A stretch of DNA of 64,000 nucleotides from Glaucostegus cemiculus (lineage: Eukaryota). The stretch is taken from assembly GCA_976551045.1 (NCBI GenBank), contig CDPCPM010000076.1, forward strand, positions 19,840,001 to 19,904,000, in the 5' to 3' direction. The notes below the pieces were generated by a model. The model worked only from the letters and a program-made list of their open reading frames with translations. It was not told the DNA's origin and did no database searches. The position numbers and the translations under genes are program-made. This document shows positions 1-12,320 of the stretch, one piece after another (the first letter of the stretch is position 1; every line of letters begins with the position of its first letter).

Positions 1-300
1 CACACAAGAGGGAAGTTTTGAGGGATGGATGTGAACAAGCTGTTTTCTTTTGTGAGTGAATCTAAAAATAGGGGTTACTATTTGAAAATAAGAAGTTGCC
101 CAATTAAGACAGATGAGGCAATGCTTTTTTTCCCCCCAGAAGGTCATGTGTCATTGGAACTTTGATGCTCAAAGAGTCTTTAAGGCAGAGGTAGATACAG
201 TCTTGATAAGCAAGGTGGTGAAAGGTTACAGTGGGAAGGTTGGAATGCAGAGATGAGAACAGGCTCAAGGAGCTAAGTTCTCTATTTGTCCTATTAATGA
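1..300 (+). mobile_element. Decayed CR1-type LINE 3' fragment
   Basis: Resembles the CR1 ORF2 C-terminus and 3' UTR (gaatctaaaaataggggt...tttaaggcagaggtagata...ggttacagtgggaagg). Confidence 0.65.
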
Positions 301-579
301 CTCTTAAAAAAATATGACTCCCAATTTTAGTCTTGTCCACAAACAGAATCACTTTATTCATTTCTGGCCTATCCAAGTTCTTCATTCACTCTCCCAGTCT
401 AGGTATGTGCATTGGGTTATCCTCCAGTCTACACTTTATCATTAACTAATGCCCTTTGCCTCTTTAGATTTTTAAAATAGTAATTACATCTCAGTTCTAT
501 TGTCATATTTCTGAATCTTATACATGCATGTATCAGTAACCTATATATTCTTCTGGGAAAAATGTAACATTCCCACTAT

Positions 580-835
580 GGGAATCCCTGGACCACAACT
601 AGTCAGAATGGAGAAGGAGCATTCAGGATGACATGGAAAACCTCAACCTCATTTGTCAGGAGCACACAAAAGCCAAGGATAAATGACAGAAGGAGCACAC
701 TATCTCAAGTACTAGCCACCTCATCAAGCATCCCATCTATGTCAGAACCTATGGATCCGACATTGGCCATATCAGCCACCTCAGAACTGGAGTGGAAGTA
801 AGCTATCCACAATCTTAAGGGACTGGCTAAATGAC
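580..835 (+). mobile_element. Decayed RTE-clade LINE 3' end
   Basis: tggagaaggagcattcaggat (WRRSIQD) and a degenerate C-terminal zinc-finger region ending IGHISHLRT. Similar to the copy at 16600-17190. Confidence 0.6.
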
Positions 836-979
836 AAAGAGCTTTTTATTTTAAGTATGAAGTCCAAAACTTTGAGCAGTCTTCAAAATCCAGACTATCC
901 CAAGTTTCTCTACAATTTTAATGTCATTTCTTTGCTTTTCAATTCTCAGTCTCATTGAGATGAACCCCAGTAACCCCAG

Positions 980-1228
980 TGAGGAGGAATTTCTTCAGCC
1001 AGTGAGTGGTGAATCTGTGGAACTCATTGCCACAGAAGGCTGTGGAGGCCAAATCATTGGGTGTATTTAAGTGAGAGATTGATACATTCTTGATTGGTAA
1101 GGGACTTTATGGTTACAGAGAGAAGATGGGAGAATGGGGTTGAGAAAAAAAAAATCAGCCATGATTGAATAGTGGTGCAGACTTGATGGGCAGAATGGCC
1201 TAGTTCTCCTCCTATATCTTATGGTCTT
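980..1228 (+). mobile_element. CR1-type LINE 3' end
   Basis: gaggaggaatttcttcagccag...gtggtgaatctgtggaactcattgccacagaaggctgtggaggcc (VVNLWNSLPQKAVEA) followed by a typical tail gatgggcagaatggcc...cttatggtctt. Confidence 0.85.
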
Positions 1229-1289
1229 GCTCAGTTTGTCTTAATAACTCACATCACGGGTTTTAATGATCTTTGTCAAATCCCATTTT

Positions 1290-3800
1290 CATTATTTCAC
1301 AGTAATCTACAGTGAAAACCTTTTCCTATTACACTCTTGCATTTGCATTCTTCCTTCCCATGAACTGCACCTCCCAATTTAGAACCTTTCACAGATTTTC
1401 AAATGGTATTTCTGTTTCTCAAATTCATAGCATTAGTGTTAATGGTGGACTGTACTCCCAGCTGTGTTCTCATCTTTTTCTGGTCTCATAAGCTGCTTTC
1501 AGTCCCTCGTCCACTCAGCTACTTAGGCCGACACTGCAAGCACAGTTATTAATCTGGTACGTGATACTAAATGCATCACTCTTGTTTATATTTCAAAAAA
1601 TACAGCAAGGTTGATCAAGCACAGCCTTCCCTATTAAAATTCAGGCTGACTATTCTTTATCCAAGTTTTGGTTTCTAGATGTTTTACTGTTACTCTAAAC
1701 TAGCTGGTGTCTGGTTCCCTGGAGTTGTTTGATCACTCTTTTTAAATAAAGGGACAGACTTAGCTATTCTGTTTCTTTGGCCTTGTATGTTTTTTTCTAT
1801 ATTTTATGTCAGATCTCTTTGCTGTACTTCTTAATATACAGGTATGCAATTTATGTGGACCAAGGGTCTAATCCTTTCTAATATCTGATCATTTATTATA
1901 AATTCATATTATTCTCTCCTGTTGTTGCAGCCACTTGGTCATTATCCCTAGTAAACATTGAGGCAAATTAACCTTTCAATATTTTTACCATTTCTCTGTT
2001 TTAACTCATGCTGAGTTTTTGCTTCACTTTAAAATTCTGTTCCAATTGATCTTTATTTCATTTATAACATATCTGCAGAATACCTTTTTACACTCTGATA
2101 ACTTTGTAGTTCATCTTGTTCTTTATTTCTAATCATTTAATTTCTTACCTGCTCTGTTGGTGTTTGTCATTGTCACTGTATCTGTTGTTTGAAATGTTAG
2201 GTGCAGGCCTTTTCTTAATGCTTCTGTTCTGTCCTTATCATTTTATTAGTCCATGGTATTTCAATACTGACTGATATTTGTTTTTTTTAAAGAGAATATT
2301 TCTGAATGCTATTGATCTCCATTTTAAATATTTGTCACTGAGGCTTCTTGTCAGAAGAATTTATCAGTTTAGCTTCTCAAGTTCCATTTTTAATCCTCTC
2401 ATAGCTACCTTTTCCCCATGTGTTACTTTGAACTTCACTTGTCTTTGTTAAGCTTTATACTTTATTCTGTTCTGTTCAATGTTATCTTGGTATTGTAAGC
2501 ATAATCATCCCACCCTCCTCCCATTCATCCCACCTCCAACACTTTTATATCCATTCTGATTTATTTCCCATCATTGCCTGTAGCAGTGATTCCCTTATTT
2601 TTGAATTCTAGCACACAGCATTCAAAAGGAGTTTCAAACACCATGTAAAAGCTCTGTCCTTTTTTTCACTTTTCTTGTCATGTCCTGTCAATTTATTTTA
2701 AGGGTAATTGCATTGTTTTCTTGATTATAGCTTGTTTTAAATTACTCATTCCTTAGATTTCCTCCTCCAACTCTCTTCCAGTGTTAAGAGGTCTGAAGAA
2801 TACCCCTTAAACATACCCAACCCTGTTTCTGTCTTGATGCTAGTTGTCTTCCTTTGTTCTATTTCTATTAATGGTTTCTAACTAGCACAGCGACTTCAGC
2901 CACCCCTTTCTTTTCCTATTCTATTGAAAGACATTTTATCCAGCAATATTTAAGTGATTCTTTATGTATCCATATTTCAATTATCCCAGTTAGTTCCACC
3001 TCCTTATTACAAATTATTGCTGCAGTCCCTCGGTTTTATTTCAGATGCTCTGCACAGTATTGTCAGAACTGTCTAGTTTGTTTTTGTTGCTTGTCTTCAC
3101 CTTTGTTGTTGAGTTAATTTGAAGTTGTATCTATTGCGGTATTTGTTTCTTAATCATTTGCTACCCTTATTCTTTAGCTTGTTGTGACCTTTACTCTCAT
3201 CTCCTATTTCATTTATCTTCCAGCTAGTGTTATTTTTCTCAGATCCTTTCTCAGTTTCTTACCAGTTTAATATCCCACACACTGCCTAATTTATCTTTCC
3301 ACAAGGAGACTGATCCCAATTCAATTCAAGTGGGGCCTTTCCAAGTAGTACAGCTATTTCCTGTCCCTGGACTGGTCATTCTGCCATGAAATGAAACCTC
3401 TTCTTCCCACAGCAGTCGAGCCGGATCTAACTATGGTAATTAGCACATGGCTTGTGTGATAATCTTGATAATTCTGTTTTAACCATTAATTTCCGGTATT
3501 CCTTTAATAAGACCTACTTCATTTTCCTTATTTGTGGCTATCCAGATGTCAGTGCACCTGGCACACATCTCACCATTCGAGACTCTCAGTCAGACTGTAG
3601 AGAGCGTTATCCACTCCCTAATTTTCGAATACCTGGTGACCAAAGCCTTTCTTTTCTGTGCAACTCAAGACTTAGCTGGTATGGCAAAGAATGCATATTT
3701 GCTGCAGATGTGGTCATCTGGGACACTGTCCACAACTCCCAGATAATGGACTTAACACATCCATTTCAATTTTATATCTGAGATTTTATCTGTTTTTTTA
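1290..3800 (-). mobile_element. Very old, internally deleted CR1 LINE with ORF1 and ORF2 remnants
   Basis: Minus-strand remnants in CR1 order: DSVPDDHICSK (~3695-3730, ORF1 zinc finger), DRK*LYYLERPHLN*IGISLLVER (~3295-3365, esterase-like end of ORF1), GVFFRPLNTGRELEE (2762-2806, AP endonuclease) and an SQ..F..GR.CL-like pre-RT motif (~1615-1652). Confidence 0.7.
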
Positions 3801-3889
3801 AATAGAATTATTCAAATTAAGAGTTTGTGAACAACGCCTGGGTAATTTCTGGTCTGTTCATATATTTCCGTATTTCCTTACAACAGTAC

Positions 3890-4180
3890 TTCAGATCTCT
3901 GTCAGCTCTTAGAACAACCCCATTATCATCAAATTTTCCCTTAACCTACTCTTCCCACGTTCCCATCAACTTTTGTCAGATTTTACCACTCACCTACACT
4001 CTTGGACAATTTAAAATTGTCAGTTAACCTACCAGACAGCATAGCTTTGCGATGTGGGAGGGAATTAGGAAACCCATGAAGTCACATGCAGACTCCACAC
4101 AGATAGCATCTGAAGGTCAAGGTTGAACCTGGGTTGCTGGAGTTGTGAAGCAGCAGTTCTAATAGCTGCACCACTGTACT
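3890..4180 (-). mobile_element. tRNA-derived V-SINE (HE1-like), decayed
   Basis: The reverse complement shows a tRNA-like head (cagtggtgcagc...ccaggttcaacc) and a V-domain-like core (tttcctaattccctcccacatcgcaaag...ggtaggttaa). Confidence 0.75.
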
Positions 4181-5658
4181 GAAATGTTATACCATTGTAT
4201 AAACTGACCCTGAGATATTCTGAATGTCTTTCCTTACCGTATGCAAAAAGTAGGTTTGTTATTTGCATTATCAAAAGAATAAAATAAAAAGGTGTTGGAG
4301 GGCAAAAGTATTTTACAAAACTTCCCCAAATGGCTCATTGCCAAAATTGGCATTCTGGAATTATCCATTCAAATAGGACTGGCACCAGGCCAATCAATTC
4401 CTGCACTGAGATAGCTGTTCTGACATAATTTGCTTCACTTCCCCTCAAGCTAGGAAAAAGGGAAACATAAATAAATCAGCTCCAATTAATGACTTAGATC
4501 ACATGTGATGATGAAGTGGTAAAAAGGTGTTATAATGAATGGGCACTTTCAAATAATGAAAAAAAGAAAATAAGAGGGAAACAAAGTCAGAGCCTATGAT
4601 AGTCTGGCCAAAGCACAGTTATATAACCGTCTCCTGCTGTATTTCTTAGCAAGATTACTGTCTCCCTTTTATAAAAGGCCTATTGAATTTATTACTGGAG
4701 ACAGATGTCAGTACAGTTACTGCATTCACAGAATCCACCAGCACATCAAAAATGCAGAAAACTGCATTCGCTGACACAAAGAATATGTGCTTACAATAAA
4801 TTACGCACAAGGCATTGCTAAACATTAATGGCAATGTAATTTCAATCAGCCGGATTTTTGTGTAGGTTAAACCTATATCTTTTAATCTACTTCCTTTCCC
4901 ATCTGTAGGCTGAGGAGACAAAGGGACATGGCGCTCCCTCAATGTCTCTGAATGCAGGTGCCACAAGGGACACAACGGTGATTTCCCTTTCAGTCTGCCC
5001 TGTGCATCCTCTTCTTATTCCTTTCACCCCCACCTCTAATATGATTGCTTCCAAGTAAATTGATCAAACCAATGTGCTTGGTTCAACAAAGCATTGTACA
5101 TGTCTTGGTTGATCAAGTGACATGCTCCTGTTCTCATGCCCCTGTGTTTAGTGTAACTAATGACAACAGTTACACTGATGATCAAAGGATAAAGGCTGAT
5201 CTTCTCATCTTGTGGAAAAGATAGATGCTATTTTTGTCACAAAGAACTCTGACTAAACTGAGGTTATTTGCCATGTAGCTCTGCGCCAGGGTTGACGCAG
5301 TGCTCTGAGTTGATGGCTACATTAGAGGTCAATGTTTTGTCTAAATTACATGGTTTAACAACAGACATGACATTACTTGGACAAAAACTAAAGAACCAAG
5401 TCAATGGAATTGAATTTGTGGAGTTCAATGTTCGTTTGTTACTACTTCAGGCATCCAGCACCTACAAGAGTGGACAAATTTCCTTGCCAATTTGCAGAGA
5501 GCACTATAATCACCTTTTGAAAAATATTGACAATACACATCACTTTTAGATTTGTGCAGAATTTTGTACATATACAAAAATCTACATATCTCTGTTCCAG
5601 ATGTTCTAGGACTTATCGGACATAAGGTGTTTGCTTTCTCTTGCAAGCCTGCTGTTTA

Positions 5659-6420
5659 AAATAAACTCAGAAAATGTTGGAAAAGCTCAGCAGGTCAGGC
5701 AGCATCTGTGGAAAAAGAAACATATTTAATGTTTCAGGTTGAAGACTTTCATCATAACTGAAAAATTAATGAGGGAAGTTAGAGACGGCGAGAAAACGAA
5801 GAGACATGGAAAGCTGTGGAGCAAAAGAGAATGTTGGAAATACCCAGCAAATCAGGTCTTGTCTGTGGAAAGAGATAAAATGAATTAATATTAGAGGTGG
5901 ATAATCTTGTGGCACAACTGGCCAACTCTTACACAAATAGGAAAAGCATGTTATTTGAAACGGTTGAATTCAATATCAAGTCCCAAAGGCTTTAATGTAC
6001 CTAGACAGAAACCTAATTGAGCTTTGTTGGAATGGCATATGCCACATACAGATAGATCAGAGCAGAAGTAGGTGGAGAATTAAAGTGACAGGCTCAGAGT
6101 TACCCTTGCAAACTAAATAGAAGTGTTCTGCAAATATGGTCACTCAAACTCTTTGACCCAAAATGTTAATTCTATTTCTCGTTCCACAGATCTGTTGGAC
6201 CTGCTGAGTGTTTACAACATTTGTGTTTTTAATTTTGTTTTCTCCAATGTCAAGGAGATAACATTGTGGACACTAAATTCAATATACTAGAAACAGTGTA
6301 CAACTGGAAAAAAATGCAGGAGAATTGCTGCTTCACTTAGAAACACTTACAAGCACTGCATGGGTCTGTGGATGATGGGAAGGAACCAGATAAAAGAACA
6401 GGTGTTGCAATCCTGTTCTT
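5659..6420 (-). mobile_element. Penelope-like element remnant (GIY-YIG endonuclease end plus pseudo-LTR copies)
   Basis: The minus strand gives LVY*I*CPQCYLLDIGE (6241-6290) and FCLGTLKPLGLDIEFN (5963-6010). The terminal repeat unit gaaaatgttggaaaagctcagcaggtcaggcagcatctgtgga occurs at ~5670, ~5828 and inverted at ~6150-6235. Confidence 0.8.
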
Positions 6421-8467
6421 CATGTATTTAAAAAAATCTACATTTAACATACAAGATAAATTTTCTGGCATTATAGATTATTTTTAAATCTCAATTTATA
6501 TTACTGAGAGAGAAATGTTGTCATTTATAGAGGTAATGGGTGAGAAAAGATGAGGCTCATGTGTATATTTTCCATAGGTAGTGGGAGTTACATGCAAATG
6601 TCACCCTACCCTGGGGACAGAAAAAATGTAGTAGCTGTTGCTAACATAGGCTCTGAGGTTCTGAGCCAGTGGTTGACTTGAAGTTTAAATTGTGCTTTAG
6701 AGACCAATTAGAGCTTTTGATTTTTTTTTCATGATTCAATCTGAGGAACTTGCCTTTCTAAGCCCCCAGCTCCCACATTCTGAGTTTCTCATGTTGTGGA
6801 AATGGTTTCTCATGAAACATGGTTAGACTACATCCAGCATGAGGAGGTTGGGTTTGAAATGGCTCTGTGCTGATAGATTGCCGATCTAGCTTGCTGATGA
6901 TCGAAAGGCTGACTGGCCCCTGTTGCCCATGAGGATAGTGCTCTATGCTCCACTGGTGCATTTGAAGAAGGGAGCTGATGTGCACAGGCTTAGTTTAACA
7001 GGAATTGTCTGAAAACTAGGGTGCATTGATCCTGAGTGACACTGGCTGATGCCAAAGGAAGCTTAAATCTACTTTAAAAGGCAAGAGTTGTTGCAATATA
7101 GAGAAGGGCAATTATATAGGAGAATTAGGAGTTCATTGTCCTCTGGTAGTGAACCAGTGATTGATTCACACATTTTATGCCCTTTTTACCTTCTATTGAT
7201 TGCATTGGAACAGCATACAAATAAATGTTAAACAGTATACTTACAATGGAGGTTAAATTCAATGTAGATGCTTCCTATTCTAACAGAAATTCAATATAAT
7301 ACTTTACCATAAACCTGAACTATTTTTATAACATTCATTCAGTTTTATATATTCCCTGACATCATCTTTGACTACTTTACAGCCCAGAGCCTGAATTTTG
7401 ATTTTATATGTTATACATATTGCATTGAATTAATATCATTGATTGATTACAAATGTCAGGAGTCTGAGAAAAGCCCAGCAGAGGTAGAGAGTTGATAACA
7501 GGTCATTATCAGAAAATATCTGGTTGAGTAATCCACTGGCATCAAAGTCTATAAAGGTTTGAAATTAAAATGGTTTAGCACAACCTGGGTGCTGGATTCT
7601 GCTGTTTCCTTCATCTGCATCAGCAATTTAAAAATCTCAAACTAATTTGTTTCCTGGTATGCTAAAGAAGAATAAGCTAAAAAGGGTTGGTTTGGAGAAG
7701 GGCACAAGCCTAAAATTAAGCAGCAGGAAAGACAGACAATATTTCACATCTGTCTGGCAGGATCGTAGTCTCTCAGTCACGATGGAGCAAAAGAACTGGA
7801 AGTTCCCAACAAATATCACAGTTCCTATCATGGTTTCTATTAATGTTTTAGTGATGGTTTACAGTCATTGTCATAATCTGAACAGTAGTCAGCACCCAAG
7901 ATATAAAATACTCCAAAAGATTACTAGGTAACAGGCATGAGAGACCTCAATCAGCACATAAGGTTTACCATTCAACAAGATCCCAATGTCCAGAGCCCAC
8001 ATTGAGACATCCATTTGTTCCTTAAATGATTCAAGGCTGTGTACCTTAAAAAATTCTGTGTGAGGAGGAATTTCCTGACATCTGTCCTAAAAGTAAATGG
8101 TATTGTTTACTAAAGTCCAGGACAAAGGTCATATCCAGGCATTCATAGTCAGGGAAAGTGCAAGGAGCAAAAGCCAAACCAAGGAGAAGGGAATAAATGG
8201 ATTACCTTCAATTACTGTCCCATAGTCACGCACAAACAGTTCATCTGCCTGGAATTTACAACTCCAGCTATCACATTGCAGCTTTCCACCTCCCTCTGTA
8301 ACTGTCTCTGGCCAGGTTTTCTGGCTAACACTTACTGGCTGCACAGAAGTCTACCTTTTGTCAGTCATTAAGAGATACCACTGACAAGATAATCACATCC
8401 TCACAGAAAAATAAGTTGGAAAGGAAATAGGACAAACTCTCCCATACTTAAATCAATAGATTGTGGC

Positions 8468-8580
8468 ATCATAGAGTCATAGAGCACAGATACATACCCT
8501 TCTGCCCAACAGGTCCCTGCTGACCAAGGTGCCCACCTGTGCTAGTCCCATTTGCCCTTGTTTGGCCCATATCCTCCTCA
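8468..8580 (-). mobile_element. CR1-type 3' tail fragment
   Basis: catagagtcatagagcacag...gctagtcccatttgcc...tttggcccatatcc, the same tail as at 62100-62220 and 18545-18670. Confidence 0.75.
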
Positions 8581-8601
8581 TTCACCAAGTCATAATGCCT
8601 T

Positions 8602-8865
8602 GGTCTTTAACTCTTTAGAGATCCTCGTTGTCAATACTTTGTTGTTGGTTGGTATGTCGTATCTGGTCTTGCCAGGTATATCACCATAGATCCCATGCTA
8701 GTACATCTAAGCCACGGACACAGGAATTCCTAAAGTAGGTTTGAAATTAATTCTGTATTACTAGCATTAAATTGTTAATAGTTATGAACAACTGTGATCC
8801 TAATGCCAATACTTGTGGGCTCCACTTCTCATCTCCTCCCTCTCTGAATAGTCATCAATATGGTA
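8602..8865 (+). repeat. Copy 1 of a ~260-bp diverged direct repeat
   Basis: Aligns by eye with 10682-10941 (shared tctttaactcttta, tgtcgtatctggtcttgc, attctgtattactagcattaa, agttatgaacaactgtg, ctcctccctct). Confidence 0.9.
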
Positions 8866-10681
8866 TATTCAAACATTTCCCTTCCTCCTTCCCCCCCACC
8901 CCATCTTGAGAGTGATAGCATGCACAGTTATATTGATCTCTCTCCTTCTCTTCCAACTGACAGCTGACCAATGTACAGAACTATAATAAATTATTATCCC
9001 ACTTTACTTGTGGGAAAGCATCTGATCAGTCTTCTTGCTCCAATTGCACTCTTTCCTCTTCACCACCTCCCCTCAACATAAGGCAAAGCTGAGAAATCCG
9101 CCATGGTGAGAAATCCCATGCCGGAGAAGGATGGCCACCCATCTGGTTTGAAACAGACAGCCTTGTTTTTGAGTGGGATGTCTGGTAATTTTTAATATAA
9201 CTTAGTTATAATACCATAAAGGATTTTAACCCTGCCCAGCTAGCAGAAACCAAATAAATGAGCAGTGAACCTAGCTTTAACACACTAATGCAGCTGGCTT
9301 CTTGTGAGTCCTAAGTGAACCGATGCTTCTCATTTACTTTTGTGTCTCAGAGCTTAGCTTTTGATGAATTTTAGGCAACAACAGAACATACAATAAAACT
9401 CCAGCCATGATTTCTCACACACTCCACTTTCATCCAGCTGTCCCCAGGCTGGAACCCAACCTCCAGAAACTGCACCGCATACCAACAATCAGCCCTGATG
9501 TCCATTCATGGAAAGAATGAGATCTCAAACATCCGCAATATTGCACCTGTATGATTTTAGAATGTTTATTATTCAGAAACAACAGAAGTTTCTTTAGAAG
9601 CCAGCCCTGGGAGGTTGCCGAACAACAAAGGTGGCAACTATGGATGGCTTGGCTTCAGGAGCTGAGGAGACTAAAGGGCTACATTTGTGTCACAGTCTCC
9701 TGTAGGAGCAGGGGCTTGAATTCAGTTGAAATCAGAAGTCTTACCATTGATTAGCTCGCCAATCACCACTCACTACTGCCCCACCCCATCTACTGACAGT
9801 AAACTATCTGGTTTGTGAGAAGGTATATCTGCTTGGGCATAAAATAGAGTAAAACCAATATTTTATTTAATTTTCTTTTCCTGATTTTTATTGTAGCAAA
9901 CTTACAATCCACTCTAACCCCTCAACTTCATGAGGAAATGCTGACTGTATAGTTTAAAATTAACTGGAATTTTGTCAATGCTGTACGTACATGCAAATTT
10001 ACACACGCATGAATTCCTATTGGAATTTCCTGATGCATCAAGAGGAACTGTTTGGTTTGGGTTGACTTCCGATGGATGCTTTCGCTGTACAGAAAGAAAC
10101 CTTCTGTTTCCTGAGCTATCCAATCTAGGTCACACAGATTTCCTGACAACACACAAAAAGTTGTCTTCCTTTGGCCCTGACAGACATAAACTCAACTCCC
10201 TCTGTAAATGAGTGTATTGGCGGGCGAAGAAGGTCAAACTTGCACAATTGTAGATAAAGTTAAAACAGATCTAAGCATGTTTCTGGCCACTCAGATTTCC
10301 AGGTTTCTATTGTGGTCAAGAATAAGCATGACCATCCAAATATACGATTCCAGTTTGTTGCAGACTGAGATGGCATCCAGTAGAGTTTGCTGTGCCTTAA
10401 TTCTGTACATATTTTTTTCTTGTACATATTTGTACTCTAAGAATGAAGAAATTACTCTAGTTTTGCTGCATACTATGTAGAAAAAGATTGGAGAAGGATT
10501 AGATATATCTGGTAAAGTAGGGGCCAGAAGAGCCCACCTGTTTGCATAGGCTGAGCTGCAAGAAAGTCCACTTTGGGAAATAGATCATAAGGTTCATTTG
10601 GAGTTGCGAAACCAAAGGGGCTTTTAACAACACCTCTGAAATAAATGACATGTCCTTACTACCACCTTCATAAGGGTTTCA

Positions 10682-10941
10682 TCTTTAACTCTTTATAGAT
10701 CCTTGTGAGATAGTTTTGCTGTTGGCATGTCGTATCTGGTCTTGCAAGATACATCTCCATAGACTCGATGTTAGTATATTTAAGCCAGGGACACAGGTGC
10801 TCCTAATATAGGTTTGAAAATTTATTCTGTATTACTAGCATTAAGTTGTTAACATAAGTTATGAACAACTGTGTTCCTAATGCCTATACTTGTGGGCCCT
10901 ACTTCTCACCTCCTCCCTCTCCAAATGGTCATCCATATGGT
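10682..10941 (+). repeat. Copy 2 of the ~260-bp diverged direct repeat
   Basis: See 8602-8865. Confidence 0.9.
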
Positions 10942-11078
10942 TTCTGTTTTATTTCTGTCTCATAGCAGCTATTTATTCTGTTACTTCGCCCAGGCTCTAC
11001 ATGGTTCATTAATCTGGTATTTGATTACAGTTTTTTTTTAAATTTAAGTATTCTTACTGGATTACTCCAATCCAATTA

Positions 11079-11440
11079 AAGGTGTACAACATATTAAGAG
11101 GAATAGATAGAGTGAACAGACAGCTCCTCTTTCCCAGGGCACGAATGTTCAATACGAAAGGGCATGGCTTTAAAGTAATGGGTGGGAAGTTCAAGGGAGA
11201 TATCAGGGGAAGGTCTTTTACCCAGAGAGCAGTTGGGGCATGGAATGCACTGCCTGGGGCGGTGGTGGAGGCAGGTACATTGGTCAAATTCAAGAGATTA
11301 CTAGATAAGCGTCTGGATGAATTTAAAATAGAGGGATACGTGGGAGGAAGGGGTTAGATAGTCTTAGGCGAGGTTTAAAGGTCAGCATAACATTGTGGGT
11401 TGAAGGGCCTGTATTGTGCTGTACTGTTCTAGTTCTATGT
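11079..11440 (+). mobile_element. Relatively young, 5'-truncated CR1 LINE (ORF2 C-terminus + 3' UTR)
   Basis: ORF 11082..11357 (ILRGIDRV..LFP..TKGHGFKV.GGKFKGDIRG..FTQRAVGAWNALP..VVEA) and tail gaagggcctgtattgtgctgtactgttctagttctatgt. Confidence 0.92.
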
Positions 11441-11954
11441 ACTTCTTCCAAAGGTGCAATGAGATCAGGCTGAAATCCATATGGATTTAACTTCTTTATG
11501 GTGTCCAGATTTTACTCCTCATTTCTTCACTTGTCATGATTTCATTTTATTTCCCAATACAAAATGTTATGCAGATTGGGCTACAGTTTCCTGGACATAT
11601 CTGACCTCCTCAAGTACAGCCATAACAGGATTTATCTGCCAATCTGCTTGTGCAACAGCATTTTCTTATTATTAGAAATGTGTGATAATGTCTCTGCTAT
11701 CCCTTTCCTTGATTCGTTAAAAATGCATGGAATCATGCGGAGCTCTGCATTGTTAATGGTGACGTCTGTCAGATAACATATCAAATTCATACCCTGTCAT
11801 CCTGTTTCAGTAGATTAGATGGAAGTTAAAAATCTCTTGATCCTACTTGAAGGGTGTTTGCTCTTATCCCAATCAACATTCCTGCATTGACCAACATTAA
11901 AAACTCATTGCAGCAAATGAAATCCTACATTCAAAATAAACTGCCTTCTTATCT

Positions 11955-12320
11955 ATAGAACTGTACTTTAAAAAATAAGGCTATTCAGCTGATTGTGTCT
12001 GTGCCAGATCTTTGAAAGACTATTCAATTAGTCCTACACACTGCCCTTGGCCCCTAGTTCTGCAATATTTTCCTTTACTCATATATATCCAATTTCCTTT
12101 TGGACAGTATTAATAGATCTATTTTCACTACCCTTCCAAGTAATTAAAAACTAATTTCATGTTTCAAAAAAAACCTTATCGTCTGCTAGGAATTTTTTGG
12201 CAATTATCTCAAAATTTTAGTCCTCTAGTTATGATTCTTCCTGCCTATCAACTTTGTTAAAGTATTCCTAAATTCTGTGCAAGTCAATTTACATGTCTCC
12301 TGAACCTTTTCTGCTCAAGG
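11955..12320 (-). mobile_element. Decayed CR1 3' fragment
   Basis: Tail-like ggctattcagctgattgtgtctgtgccag...tatccaatttccttttg...cactacccttcca. Confidence 0.55.

Noticed and set aside
5060-5118. Short inverted repeat ttgatcaaaccaa...ttggttgatcaa
   Set aside because: About 12 bp with a bulge and a poorly paired interior, compatible with chance.
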